64,000 nt of DNA, from contig OZ241971.1 of assembly GCA_965204155.1 (NCBI GenBank), forward strand, positions 57,593 through 121,592. Direction: 5' to 3'. The stretch comes from Candidatus Rariloculaceae bacterium. Lineage in GTDB: Bacteria; Pseudomonadota; Gammaproteobacteria; Steroidobacterales; Rariloculaceae. Made by a program: the position numbers and the translations under genes. A model generated the notes under the pieces. That model was not told where the DNA came from, searched no databases, and saw only the letters and a program-made list of their open reading frames with translations. Below, piece after piece: positions 19,099 through 29,112 of the stretch. Each line of letters starts with the position of its first letter. Position 1 is the first letter of the stretch.

Positions 19099-20148
19099 TC
19101 ATTCATCGCCGTACAGATAGGTGCAGTCGAAGGGCATCACGCGGGCGCCCGGGGTCACGATCCAGGAGCGGCTCCGCTCGATCGGCTCGGTCAGCGCATC
19201 CGGCGCCGTGATCGCCAAAGTGTAGAGCAGGCGCGATCCTTCTTCGCCGACCGTGAAGCGCTCCACGAAGGACGCACCCTCACCGAGCGGAACGCCTCTC
19301 GGAGCCATGTACTGCGTGCGCACGTGGCTCGTCTCCACGACCAGCGTATCGCCGTCCCAATACCCCGTCGAATGGCCGACGTGCGATTCCACCGGCTCGG
19401 GCCCGCCCCCGTTCATGTGGATCGTGCGCACCGTGTCGTATTCCTCCAGGCGTAGCAAAATGACATCCCCCTCATCGACGAATTCGATGGGATAGGGCTG
19501 ACCCATAATGAGCGGCATACCTTTGGGCTCACAGCCCGTCAGGCTCGACTGCAATACGGGATCGAACGCATCGGCCGCCGCGCGGGCTGCCTCGGTCAAT
19601 GGCAACGGACCCCTCCAGAGCGTGGCCGGCCCGGAGTCCGGATCGTCCGGAATGCCGGGCCGCCCGTAACCGGACGTCCACACACGGAACAGCGTCGGCG
19701 CGCCTGCGGCGGCCTGCTGGGCAGCGCTCTCTATGGGGACCTCAAGACCCAGACCGTAGGCCGTTTCGTTCCAGCGCGTCTCGGTCAGCCAAAGCACCGA
19801 TTCCAGCCCGTCCTCGGACAGGATATTCGTGCTGTACATGCGCGTGTCCGACCGCCGTGACGGCCACCCCGCCACCTTCACCGTGCTGCCGACCTCGTAG
19901 ATTTCCAGTGGCACTCCGTTGCGCCGGAAGTGGTTGAGCGGCGGGGCTTCGATCTCCCAGACCACGGGCGGATCGCTATCATCCTGCAGTTGCACTTCGA
20001 GCACGGCGTGCGGGTTTCTCCAGTTCGCGGTGACGAGGGTTCCCTCCACCTCCACGATCTGCCGGGTATCGAACTCGGTGTAGGCATGGTGCCCGCGGGC
20101 AACGAGGGCGGCGAGGAGAAGGCTGGTTGTGGCTAATGCTCTGAACAT
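19099..20148 (-). CDS. Secreted DUF6152-like + partner domain
   Basis: ARG-HHAYTEFD, WRNPH, WEIE; GCEPKGMP, GHSTGYWDGDTLVV, PFDC. Confidence 0.82.
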   Translation of the reverse strand: MFRALATTSLLLAALVARGHHAYTEFDTRQIVEVEGTLVTANWRNPHAVLEVQLQDDSDPPVVWEIEAPPLNHFRRNGVPLEIYEVGSTVKVAGWPSRRSDTRMYSTNILSEDGLESVLWLTETRWNETAYGLGLEVPIESAAQQAAAGAPTLFRVWTSGYGRPGIPDDPDSGPATLWRGPLPLTEAARAAADAFDPVLQSSLTGCEPKGMPLIMGQPYPIEFVDEGDVILLRLEEYDTVRTIHMNGGGPEPVESHVGHSTGYWDGDTLVVETSHVRTQYMAPRGVPLGEGASFVERFTVGEEGSRLLYTLAITAPDALTEPIERSRSWIVTPGARVMPFDCTYLYGDE

Positions 20149-20401
20149 TGTGACCTCTATGGGTTAACGACTTCTACGGGCGAAGGTCGGGCCTCTCGAT
20201 GTATTCGTCAAAGGCGCCGCGATCGTACAGATCGATATAGAACGGATCCGGTTCGCATGCGTCCATATTGTACTGGGGCGTGTCTACGCGCGTTCGCCAT
20301 AACTCGATGCACGGCATGCTTATCCAGGAACCTCTGCGAGTCTGCCAATTGCCGAACTGGTACGAAAACCGCCAATCAGTCCACTATCCTGAGATGTTAA
20401 C

Positions 20402-20429
20402 TATCAATACTATTAGGATAGTATTGATA
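20402..20429. promoter_or_regulatory. Perfect 12-bp inverted repeat, operator candidate upstream of MFS-ligW-gntR
   Basis: tatcaatactat-tagg-atagtattgata in an AT-rich intergenic region. Confidence 0.7.
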
Positions 20430-20496
20430 ATAGGCGGGTTCAATCCGTCCGTTAGTGGCAGTATGCGTCGTCAACCTACATCCGGAGCACCCTGGA

Positions 20497-21882
20497 ATGA
20501 CCCGAACTGAACTCCTGGCCGTGGTCGACGACCGGCCAATGACCCCCTTCCAGGTTAGTGTCATTGCGCTGTGCTGCCTCATCAACATGCTCGATGGCTT
20601 TGATATTCTCGCCATCGCGTTTACCGGCGCACGCATCGCCGCGGAAATGCAGTTCGACGCGAGGGTGCAGGGTTTCATCTACGCCGCCGGACCGCTGGGG
20701 ATGGCCCTTGGCGCCTTCGTGATATCGCCGCTGGCGGACATCATCGGGCGACGCAGGCAGATCATCCTCAGCGTCTCGGTGATTTCGTTCGGCATGATCG
20801 CGACGTTCTTCGTGCGCAATCCCACCGAACTGTTCATTCTTCGGCTCCTCACCGGCATCGGCATCGGCAGCATGCTGGCCAGCCTGAACACGGTCGTGGC
20901 CGAGTTTTCCAACCGGCGCCGGCGCAACCTTTCCCTGAGCGTCATGCACCTGGGCTACGGCATCGGCGCCGGTTTCGGCGGAATCCTCACCGTCTACCTG
21001 CTGGCGGCGTTTTCGGGGCTGGATGTGGCGGCCTGGCGCTATGTCTTTCTGGTGGGCGGTGCGATGACCCTGCTGACGCTGCCGTTCATCCTGTTTCTGC
21101 TGCCGGAGTCCATGGAGTTCGTCCTCTCCAAACGCCCGGCCAACGCACTTCAGCAGGTCAACCGGTTGCTGGCCAGGCTCGGGCACGCGCCGATCGACCG
21201 TTTGCCGGAGGCGTCCGCCCAGGCCCGGAAGACGCGCTCCGGACTGGCCGAGTTCTGGAACAACGTCGCCGCCCTGTTCGCAGATCGCCGGCTGGCCGTT
21301 TCCAGCACCAGTCTGTACGTCATCACGTTCTCCTATTCGGTGACCCTGTACTTCATGCTCTCCTGGACCACCCAGGTGCTGCTCGATTTCGGACTGGCCG
21401 AGAGCAATGCCATATTCGCGTCATCCCTGCTCACCGTCTTTGGCGCCCTCGGCGGCGTGACCCTTGGCCATTTCTCCGACTCGCTCGGCCTGCGCCGCCT
21501 CAGCATATTCTTCGTTTCGTCGGGTGCCGCCAGCCTCACGATATTCGGAACGGCGGAAGTCTGGGCGCCGGCGATCGGCATCGGGTCCGGCTCGATGACG
21601 GCGCTGCTGCTGTTGCTGGCGACCATCACGGGATTTCTGGTCGTAGGCTTTCTTACCGGATATCTCGCGACCGGCGCACGTGTATATCCGGCGAAGATTC
21701 GCAGCACCGGTCTGGGCGTGGCGGTTGGCGTCGGGCGGATCGGCGCTGCTGTTGGCCCCGCCGCCGCCGGGCTGATGCTGGCGGCAAACTGGAGCAGGCC
21801 AACCCTGTTCGTGGTATTTTCGCTGCCGCTGGTCATCTGCCTCATTGCCTACATGCAGATTCGCGGCTACGACGGAGAGTGA
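20497..21882 (+). CDS. MFS transporter, aromatic acid:H+ symporter (PcaK/BenK-like)
   Basis: DGFDILAI, LADIIGRR motif A, 12 hydrophobic segments, RSTGLG...GRIGA. Confidence 0.88.
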   Translation: MTRTELLAVVDDRPMTPFQVSVIALCCLINMLDGFDILAIAFTGARIAAEMQFDARVQGFIYAAGPLGMALGAFVISPLADIIGRRRQIILSVSVISFGMIATFFVRNPTELFILRLLTGIGIGSMLASLNTVVAEFSNRRRRNLSLSVMHLGYGIGAGFGGILTVYLLAAFSGLDVAAWRYVFLVGGAMTLLTLPFILFLLPESMEFVLSKRPANALQQVNRLLARLGHAPIDRLPEASAQARKTRSGLAEFWNNVAALFADRRLAVSSTSLYVITFSYSVTLYFMLSWTTQVLLDFGLAESNAIFASSLLTVFGALGGVTLGHFSDSLGLRRLSIFFVSSGAASLTIFGTAEVWAPAIGIGSGSMTALLLLLATITGFLVVGFLTGYLATGARVYPAKIRSTGLGVAVGVGRIGAAVGPAAAGLMLAANWSRPTLFVVFSLPLVICLIAYMQIRGYDGE

Positions 21883-21902
21883 TTCGCGGGACTGTGGTCT
21901 AG

Positions 21903-23087
21903 ATGCCTGAAAAAACACAAGGTACCAAAGCGATGGATGTGGACCCACCGTCCCGCAATGCCCAATTCCCAGGAGGCATCAAGCGCATTGCCGTGGAAGA
22001 GGCTTTCGTGACCCCGGAGATTGTCGAGCGCTGGCGCCGCATACTGGACACGAACTCCGGCGACATCGAGCCCGGATTCAAGGCTCTCATGGGCTTCTTT
22101 CTTTTCGCAGACACGCCGTTCACGACGAGCGCCGTGGAACGCCTGCTGGACCTCGGCGAGAAACGGATCGGCGACATGGATGCTGCCGGCATCGACATGC
22201 AGGTACTGTCGCTCACCTCGCCCGGGGTCCACGTGTTCGACGCCGATATCGCGACTGCACTCGCGGCGGAGTCCAACGACCGTTTGGCCGAAGCCATCGC
22301 GCAACGCCCGGACCGCTTCGGCGGGCTCGCGACCGTCGCGCCGCAGAACCCGGCAGCGGCGGCCAGAGAGATCGAGCGAGGATTCAACAATCTCGGGCTG
22401 CGCGGGGTCATTATCAACTCCCACGTCAATGGCGAATATCTGCACGACCAGAAGTACTGGGAAATTTTCGAGGCCGCCGAGGCGCTGGACGCCCCGGTGT
22501 ACATCCACCCGAACACACCGTCGGCCGGCATGCTCGAACCGTATCTGCCCGAGCTCTACGGGGCGATACTCGGCTTTGCCGCAGACACCGGGCTGCACCT
22601 GCTTCGCCTGATCCTATCCGGCCTGTTTGACCGGTTCCCGAATCTGAAAATGGTGGCCGGCCACCTGGGCGAGGCCCTTCCCTTCTGGATGTACCGCTTC
22701 GATTTCGCGCACCCGGGGATCGTTCAGAGCGGCGACGCGCCCGCCCTGAACAAAAAGCCCAGCGACTACCTCAAGGAGAATTTCCACTACACGACCAGCG
22801 GCATGCCCTGGGAACCGATGATCTCGCTGGTGCACCGACTGGTCGGCCCGGATCGACTGCTCTACGCGATGGACTACCCCTACCAGTACATTCCGGAGGA
22901 AGTGGACATGGTGGATGCGTTGCCGTTTGGCGAGGAGGATATGAGAAAGTTCTACCAGACGAATGCGGAGCGTCTGTTCAGGCTTTCGGTGAATGATTCC
23001 CCATGCGTCCAACGCGACAAAGCGACATACAGCCGCATCCGTCGTGACCAAGCTGCGCAACGGTCTTTAAGGGCTGGAAGCTTCTAA
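21903..23087 (+). CDS. ligW: Amidohydrolase-2 family non-oxidative aromatic decarboxylase, 5-carboxyvanillate decarboxylase-like
   Basis: RIAVEEAF, ERLLDLGEKRIGDMDAAGID, INSH, YIHP, GHLGEALPFW, YAMDYPYQY closely track LigW as I recall it. Confidence 0.8.
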   Translation: MPEKTQGTKAMDVDPPSRNAQFPGGIKRIAVEEAFVTPEIVERWRRILDTNSGDIEPGFKALMGFFLFADTPFTTSAVERLLDLGEKRIGDMDAAGIDMQVLSLTSPGVHVFDADIATALAAESNDRLAEAIAQRPDRFGGLATVAPQNPAAAAREIERGFNNLGLRGVIINSHVNGEYLHDQKYWEIFEAAEALDAPVYIHPNTPSAGMLEPYLPELYGAILGFAADTGLHLLRLILSGLFDRFPNLKMVAGHLGEALPFWMYRFDFAHPGIVQSGDAPALNKKPSDYLKENFHYTTSGMPWEPMISLVHRLVGPDRLLYAMDYPYQYIPEEVDMVDALPFGEEDMRKFYQTNAERLFRLSVNDSPCVQRDKATYSRIRRDQAAQRSLRAGSF

Positions 23088-23169
23088 CGGAAGCAATTGT
23101 TTGTGCAACGGTTAGACTAATACACTACTACCGTACTAGCGTCATTTTTCTGCATTATTTGGATACTCG

Positions 23170-23922
23170 ATGAGCGAAGCCCATTCCTACTTTCATTCCG
23201 TCACGTCCGCTTCGCTCTCCACGCGAATCGTAGCCCAGGTCCTGGACGCACTCTTCGCGGATCAATTCGAGGCAGGAGACCACATCGGCACCGAGAAGAG
23301 CCTGTGCGAGTCCTTTTCGGCGAGCCGGTTCCCTGTTCGAGAGGCGCTCGGGAAACTCAGTTCCATGGGCGTGGTCAGGGTCGTATCCGGGCAAAAGGGC
23401 GGAATCAAGGTTGCCCATCCCGACCGGGCCCTGCTCTCGGAACTGATCGCGATTCAGTTCAAGCTCGAGAAGATTTCCATCGAGGAGATGTTCGATGCCC
23501 GTATTCTGATCGAATGCGAAGCGATACGGTTAACCGCCCAAAACGCGACCAGGGAGCAGATCGAAGGCTTCAGGAGCTTGCTGAACGCCGCTCAAACCGA
23601 AGCGAACAAGCCTGACGCCACTCACCTGGATGTCATCCCCATCACTCGCGACCTTCGATTCGCATTGGTCGAGGCGTGTGGAAACAGGGCCACCGCGGCG
23701 CTTGCCCGCGCCAATATCGCACTCCTCTATCACCTGTCTGTGGAGTATGCCGACATTGAATCGATACGCACGGGATTCAGGTCCAGGTCGCTCGCGACGG
23801 TCATCTCGCACATCGAGAATCGTGACGCGGAATCTGCGCAAGAGCTCTACAGAAAGCATCTGACCTGGCACAAGAAGGATATGCTCGCGCGGTTCCGGCA
23901 GGCCAATCGGCAGGAAGAATAA
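23170..23922 (+). CDS. GntR/FadR-family transcriptional regulator
   Basis: wHTH (TEKSLCESFSASRFPVREAL) plus FCD-like C-terminus (ARILIE...N). Confidence 0.88.
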   Translation: MSEAHSYFHSVTSASLSTRIVAQVLDALFADQFEAGDHIGTEKSLCESFSASRFPVREALGKLSSMGVVRVVSGQKGGIKVAHPDRALLSELIAIQFKLEKISIEEMFDARILIECEAIRLTAQNATREQIEGFRSLLNAAQTEANKPDATHLDVIPITRDLRFALVEACGNRATAALARANIALLYHLSVEYADIESIRTGFRSRSLATVISHIENRDAESAQELYRKHLTWHKKDMLARFRQANRQEE

Positions 23923-24076
23923 CCGCGCCGGGCCTGACCCCGGCTATTTCAGGTAATCGCCCCAACGCGGGAGAATGACTGTGTCAGCGAATACAGCAGA
24001 CGTGACATCCTGGGCGATTCAATGTGTACCTATGGCAAGCGCTACCCGTTCGACGCTGCCGGCGAACCTGTCGGGA

Positions 24077-25603
24077 TTAATGTAGCGCCTCCTCCGCCGG
24101 CAATTCCGGGGTCGTTCGGCCTGCGCTGCCATGTAACGCGCGGACCAGGCCCTTCAGCCGTGAACGGACCTCACCGTAGCCGTCCGCGTCCCCTTTTGCC
24201 AGCAGGTTGTTCGCCTCCAGCGGATCCACCTCAAGGTCATAGAGTTCCTCGCGAGCTGTCGAGCCGATCAACTTGTATCGTTCGTCCCGAATCGCGTAGT
24301 CGCCGTACTCGATGCCGTGGTTCTGGTAATACCTGTCCGCATAATTGAAAGCGCGCAGTGACGCGCGGCTCGGTTCCTCGAAGTACGGCAGCAGGCTGAT
24401 TGCATCGACGGGCCCGCCTTCCGTCCCAGGCCGCGCTTCGTAACCTGCGATCTCCAGCACGGTTGCGAAGATGTCGACTGTATTGACAAGGCCCCCGACA
24501 CGCCCTCCCTGCGCAATGCCCGGACCCGCCGCGATCAACGGGACATGGATGCCCTGCTGGTAGAGCATGAACTTCGCGCGGTCGTATTCGAATGAGGTGT
24601 CGTAGGCAAACTCGTTGGTGCCGTTGTCGCCGATGAAAATCACCACGGTCCGGTCGCGAACCTCGGGGTCCAGCCCGCTTAGCAGGCGACCGATCTGAGC
24701 ATCCATCTCCTCGACCATGAGCCTCACGTAGACAGGCGTGTTGTCCAGATGAGCCGGGTCGTCCGGGTTTCGAAGCGTGGCGGCGCGCCCGGGCGGGGCG
24801 TGCTGCGGACCGTGGGGCAGATTCATGGCCAGCCAAAGGAACCACGGCCGTTCGCCCTGTGCGGCAATCCACTCCAGCGCGTCATCGACCTTGCGCGCCG
24901 GCGTGTAACCGGAGCGCGTCTCGAGCTCGCCGTTGACGTTCTCGAGCCAGGCGAAATAGCTTTCCGGCCCGTTCTCCATCAGAACCGAATAGTGATCGAA
25001 CCCCACGTTGCCCGGATGCCCGAGCCAGCCGTTTGCGGTATCTGCCAGGTGCCACTTGCCGATGGCCGCGCTCGCGTAACCCGTGCCGCCCTCGCGGAGA
25101 AGCGCGGGCAGGGTCACGGCATCGACGGGGAGTCCGCTCGAAACGCGATCGTATGCATCCGGCGCCGTCTCCCGCGCCGCCGCAATCGACCAGGGCACTG
25201 TGATCTGCCCTCGAACGCCCAGTCGCTGCTCGAGCGGCGAGCCGACCGGGACCGCGGGCGCCTCACCCCCTGCCCCGGGTCCCCGCGGGAGGGGCGACCC
25301 GACGCCGTTGCGGAAACCGAATTGCCCCGTGAGCATGGTCGCCCGCGTCGGCGAACACGTCGGCTGCGACCAGACCTGCTCGAACAGCAGTCCCGAGTCC
25401 GCCAGCGAGGCCAGTACGGGTGTTTGCGGCGGATTCTCGCCGATCCCGTACATCGGGATTCGGTCGACGCCGAGATCGTCGCCGATGATCAGCAGAATAT
25501 TGGGCCGCGTGGTTTCCGGGGAGACTTCATCGAGCCCCTCGCACGCAACAAGCGCGAACGCGGCAAGGCACACAAGACATGCGGGACGCGACACTCTACT
25601 CAC
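24077..25603 (-). CDS. Sulfatase, predicted lipoprotein
   Basis: Lipobox ALVA-C, PNILLIIGDDLG, CSPTRATMLTG, GKWHLA, GDNG. Confidence 0.9.
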   Translation of the reverse strand: MSRVSRPACLVCLAAFALVACEGLDEVSPETTRPNILLIIGDDLGVDRIPMYGIGENPPQTPVLASLADSGLLFEQVWSQPTCSPTRATMLTGQFGFRNGVGSPLPRGPGAGGEAPAVPVGSPLEQRLGVRGQITVPWSIAAARETAPDAYDRVSSGLPVDAVTLPALLREGGTGYASAAIGKWHLADTANGWLGHPGNVGFDHYSVLMENGPESYFAWLENVNGELETRSGYTPARKVDDALEWIAAQGERPWFLWLAMNLPHGPQHAPPGRAATLRNPDDPAHLDNTPVYVRLMVEEMDAQIGRLLSGLDPEVRDRTVVIFIGDNGTNEFAYDTSFEYDRAKFMLYQQGIHVPLIAAGPGIAQGGRVGGLVNTVDIFATVLEIAGYEARPGTEGGPVDAISLLPYFEEPSRASLRAFNYADRYYQNHGIEYGDYAIRDERYKLIGSTAREELYDLEVDPLEANNLLAKGDADGYGEVRSRLKGLVRALHGSAGRTTPELPAEEALH

Positions 25604-25736
25604 CGACCATCCTCCTCACCGGTCGTCCCCCTCGACCGTCTCGCTCTCATCGTAGCCGAACAGCGAATGATGAGCGTGACGACTCTTGCCCTATACTCAC
25701 CGGGAACACAGCCTTGACAGGAAAGGACCAGAAGCA

Positions 25737-26603
25737 ATGATTGCAGTGATTGGAGCCACGGGCAACACGGGTAGCGCGACTGCCAGGGAACTGATGTCGC
25801 TGGGCGAGGACCCGCTGTGCATCGTCCGCGATGCGGCGAAGGCGGAACGGGTGCTCGGCGCCGAAGCGAGAATCGCGGTCGCGGAGATCACCGACCGGGC
25901 GGCGCTCGAAAAAACGCTCTCCGGAGTCAGGAACCTGTTCGTGGTGACCGGCCACAACCCGCAATCGGGCGAGCAGCAGATCAACATTCTCGAAGCCGCG
26001 AAAGCCGTCGGCGTGGAGTTTTTCGTGAAGGTCTCCGGTGGCCGCGATATCGTCGGGCCCGAGGTCGAATCGATCGTCGGTCGCGGTCATCATGCGGTCG
26101 AGCAGGCCATGCGCAACAGCGGGCTGGCATGGTGCATATTGAGCCCCGGGCTGTTCATGCAGAACATGCTGGCGCAGGGGCCGTCCATCAGAGACGACGG
26201 CAAAATCGTGCAGCCCTATGCGAAGGACTTCCCGATCGCGTTCATCGACGTTCGGGATACCGGCGCGCTCGGTGCGCGGGTGCTGCTAAATCCAGCACAG
26301 CACGCCGGCAAGGTTCATGTTTTCACCGGAGCTACAACGAATCTCGAGGCGTTCGCAAACGATTTCTCAGAAGTACTGGGCAAGCCGATCAGCTACGTCG
26401 GCGTCACGGTCGAGCAGGCCGAAGCGGCGATGAAATCACGTGGAATGCCGGACTGGCTCATCGCGCACCTGGTCGCTATCTCCCGTGCCGGCAACGCGGG
26501 GGCGTTCTCGAATGAGAATATTCGGCCAATCGTGGACATCGTCGGCCGCGAGCCGCTCACGACCCGAGAGTTCGTCGAAGCGTACAAGGACGCGTTCAGC
26601 TAA
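25737..26603 (+). CDS. NmrA/atypical SDR family NAD(P)-binding protein
   Basis: IAVIGATGNTG Rossmann motif; FIDVRD; NmrA-like C-terminus. Confidence 0.88.
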   Translation: MIAVIGATGNTGSATARELMSLGEDPLCIVRDAAKAERVLGAEARIAVAEITDRAALEKTLSGVRNLFVVTGHNPQSGEQQINILEAAKAVGVEFFVKVSGGRDIVGPEVESIVGRGHHAVEQAMRNSGLAWCILSPGLFMQNMLAQGPSIRDDGKIVQPYAKDFPIAFIDVRDTGALGARVLLNPAQHAGKVHVFTGATTNLEAFANDFSEVLGKPISYVGVTVEQAEAAMKSRGMPDWLIAHLVAISRAGNAGAFSNENIRPIVDIVGREPLTTREFVEAYKDAFS

Positions 26604-26709
26604 TTCGCTGGTTCGCCCCGAATCAGAGGCCTCGCTCCTGGTCAGCCGGGCGCCTCGCCGATCTCGGTGCTCGCGCGACTCTTGCCACGAGCCCCTGGCT
26701 GAAGCGCCA

Positions 26710-27084
26710 TCAGCCGTGGATGGCGACGACTCCACAACAGATCGCCCAGAACAGACAGTACTCGTAACCGCCGATATTCCACAGCCACTTTCCGCCGGTG
26801 ACCTTCCAGACGGCCGCCGCGGCCACGAGGAGGTGCACGGCGCCGATCGCGCCGGCGATTGTGGTGTACACGCCCAGGATCAGCGCGATCGCAAGTACGA
26901 TCTCGATCACGCAGGAAACATACATCCAAGTCTTCGCCGGCTTGAATCCCGCAGCCTTGAACAAGCCCAGCGCCTCGGGGACGACGAACTTCGCGTAGAT
27001 ATGCGGAATGAAAAACGCTCCGCATATGATGCGAAGGATGTTGAACTCGTTCATCAAATTGAAGTTTTGCGCAAGCGCTGACAT
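26710..27084 (-). CDS. DoxX-family membrane protein
   Basis: LRIICGAFFIPHIYAKF, E..LAIALILG, WNIGGYEY. Confidence 0.82.
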   Translation of the reverse strand: MSALAQNFNLMNEFNILRIICGAFFIPHIYAKFVVPEALGLFKAAGFKPAKTWMYVSCVIEIVLAIALILGVYTTIAGAIGAVHLLVAAAAVWKVTGGKWLWNIGGYEYCLFWAICCGVVAIHG

Positions 27085-27164
27085 CGGTTCCCTCCTGAAC
27101 TCTCGTTGACCCGTGCGCCTTCGTCACGATTCGTGTAGCTGGCAAGGCGCACTGGATACGAGAG

Positions 27165-27170
27165 TATAAT
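27165..27170 (+). promoter_or_regulatory. Consensus -10 box (TATAAT) upstream of the yciI-like/sulfatase pair
   Basis: Perfect TATAAT 39 bp upstream of the ATG at 27209; -35 not obvious. Confidence 0.35.
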
Positions 27171-27208
27171 CGTGCCCCCGCCCGATTATGGCATCCCTTC
27201 GTTTGCCC

Positions 27209-27496
27209 ATGTTGTTCGTCATCCACTGTCTCGACAAGCCCGGTGTTGCGGAAACCCGAAACGCGCACATGGCGGCTCATCGCAACTACACCGCTGCGGT
27301 GACGATCCGGATTCTGCTCTCGGGACCGCTGACGGACGATGACGGCGAAACCGTGATAGGGAGCTTCTTTCTCGTGGACGCCGTGGATCGCACCGAGGTC
27401 GAGGCGTTTCAGAAGAACGACCCGCTCTTCGCGGCCGGCATCTGGGAGTCCATCTCGGTTCACGCGTTCTCCAAGCGAGTCGACAACCGGGACTGA
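27209..27496 (+). CDS. YciI-family protein
   Basis: MLFVIHCLDKPG..R..H..AH, SGPL..DDG...GS, DP. Confidence 0.85.
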   Translation: MLFVIHCLDKPGVAETRNAHMAAHRNYTAAVTIRILLSGPLTDDDGETVIGSFFLVDAVDRTEVEAFQKNDPLFAAGIWESISVHAFSKRVDNRD

Positions 27497-27497
27497 C

Positions 27498-28955
27498 ATG
27501 AACAAGTTGCTCTTGGCTTCGGCACTCTTCGTGTCTGCGCTCGTCGCATCGACCGCGCTGCTTGCGCAGGAGCGGGCGCCGAATATCCTGCTCATCATTG
27601 GCGACGATATCGGCGTGGAGCAGGTTTCCGCATTTGGAATCGGGCCGGAACCGGCACGGACACCCAATCTGGATGCCCTCGCAGCGCGCGGTATGCGTTT
27701 TTCCCGGGTGTGGACCCAGCCGATGTGCTCGCCGACCCGGGCGACGCTGCTGGCGGGCCGCTACGGTTTCCGCACCGGCGTAGGGAGTGGCGTTGGCGGC
27801 ATCGGCGTGACCGGGCCTTATCCCGGCGACCCCGTTCCGGGTACGGCCACACTAACCGAGGTAGACGAGGTTCTTGAAACCGATGTGCTGCCAATTATCG
27901 CTGTCTTTAACGGCGACCCCGATAATCCGCGAACAAACCGAGGGTTGCACCTTGACGAAGCCGCATTGCCGGCGCAGCTAAAGCTGTCGCGCGCCGCCGA
28001 ATACGCCACTGCCGCATTCGGCAAATGGCACCTCGCCGATCTCGAAAACGGCTGGCTCGAACACCCGGGGCGAATCGGCTTCGATCGCTATTCCGTGTTG
28101 ATGCTGAACGAGCCGGAGAGCTACTTTGCGTGGTGGGAAAACGTCGACGGGACGCTGGAAGAACGGCACGGCTACACACCGGCGAGAAAGATCGACGATG
28201 CGCTGGCCTGGATTGGAGAACAGCGCGACCAACCCTGGTTTGTGTGGCTCGCATTGAATCTGCCGCATTATCCGCAGCACATACCCGAAGTCCCGGGCCT
28301 CGATACGTCCGGGATTTCGCCTTCGGATCCCCATGCAGCGCTCGATGCCATGATCGCGCGCATGGATTACGAAATCGGCAGATTGCTGGAGGGAATGGGA
28401 GACGAGGCGCTTGCGGACACGATCATCGCATTTGTCGGCGACAACGGCACCACCGGAAACTCAATCGATCCGCCCTTCCATCCCGACCGGGCGAAATTCA
28501 CTATCTACGAAGGCGGGCTGCGCGTACCGCTGATCATTGCGGGACCGGGCATTCCCGAAGGCGCCGCGACGGACGCATTGGTCAACACGACCGACATCTA
28601 CTCTACGCTGCTGGATCTTGCGGATGCGCCGATTCCCGACGATCGGACGCTCGACGCCGTTTCCCTTGTACCCTACTTTGACGACCCATCTCGCCCGCCC
28701 TTGCGGACTTGGATATACGCCGAACACTTCATGACGAATCAGGGTATCGCGCTTGGCGGACACACGATACGCGATGACCGCTACAAGCTCGTCAGGATCA
28801 GGGAGCGGACGGAGTTGTACGACCTCGATGCGGATCCCTCCGAATCGCGCAATCTGCTCGGAGACGGAATCTCAGACGGAGAACAGCGCGTACTGGATCG
28901 CCTTCAGGAAACCGTGACCGCACTGCACGACTCGGAGAAAATGCCGGAGGATTGA
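27498..28955 (+). CDS. Secreted sulfatase (paralog of 24077-25603)
   Basis: PNILLIIGDDIG, CSPTRATLLAG, GKWHLA; long shared blocks with 24077-25603. Confidence 0.92.
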   Translation: MNKLLLASALFVSALVASTALLAQERAPNILLIIGDDIGVEQVSAFGIGPEPARTPNLDALAARGMRFSRVWTQPMCSPTRATLLAGRYGFRTGVGSGVGGIGVTGPYPGDPVPGTATLTEVDEVLETDVLPIIAVFNGDPDNPRTNRGLHLDEAALPAQLKLSRAAEYATAAFGKWHLADLENGWLEHPGRIGFDRYSVLMLNEPESYFAWWENVDGTLEERHGYTPARKIDDALAWIGEQRDQPWFVWLALNLPHYPQHIPEVPGLDTSGISPSDPHAALDAMIARMDYEIGRLLEGMGDEALADTIIAFVGDNGTTGNSIDPPFHPDRAKFTIYEGGLRVPLIIAGPGIPEGAATDALVNTTDIYSTLLDLADAPIPDDRTLDAVSLVPYFDDPSRPPLRTWIYAEHFMTNQGIALGGHTIRDDRYKLVRIRERTELYDLDADPSESRNLLGDGISDGEQRVLDRLQETVTALHDSEKMPED

Positions 28956-29112
28956 CCGCGAATTCCACATCCGCTTTATCGAGGAGTCCCTACCAGGGTG
29001 GGAACCGCAGCCCATGACCGTTTTTCTCCCGTGCACCGCCCCCGGTTTCGGCGACGATAACGGGATCGCATCATGTTATAAGATTCCAAGGGTATCGCAG
29101 AGGAGTCACACC

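Noticed and set aside
22985-23087. C-terminal extension of the LigW-like protein as a functional domain
   Set aside because: About 33 aa beyond the usual family end with no motif; more likely stop-codon drift.
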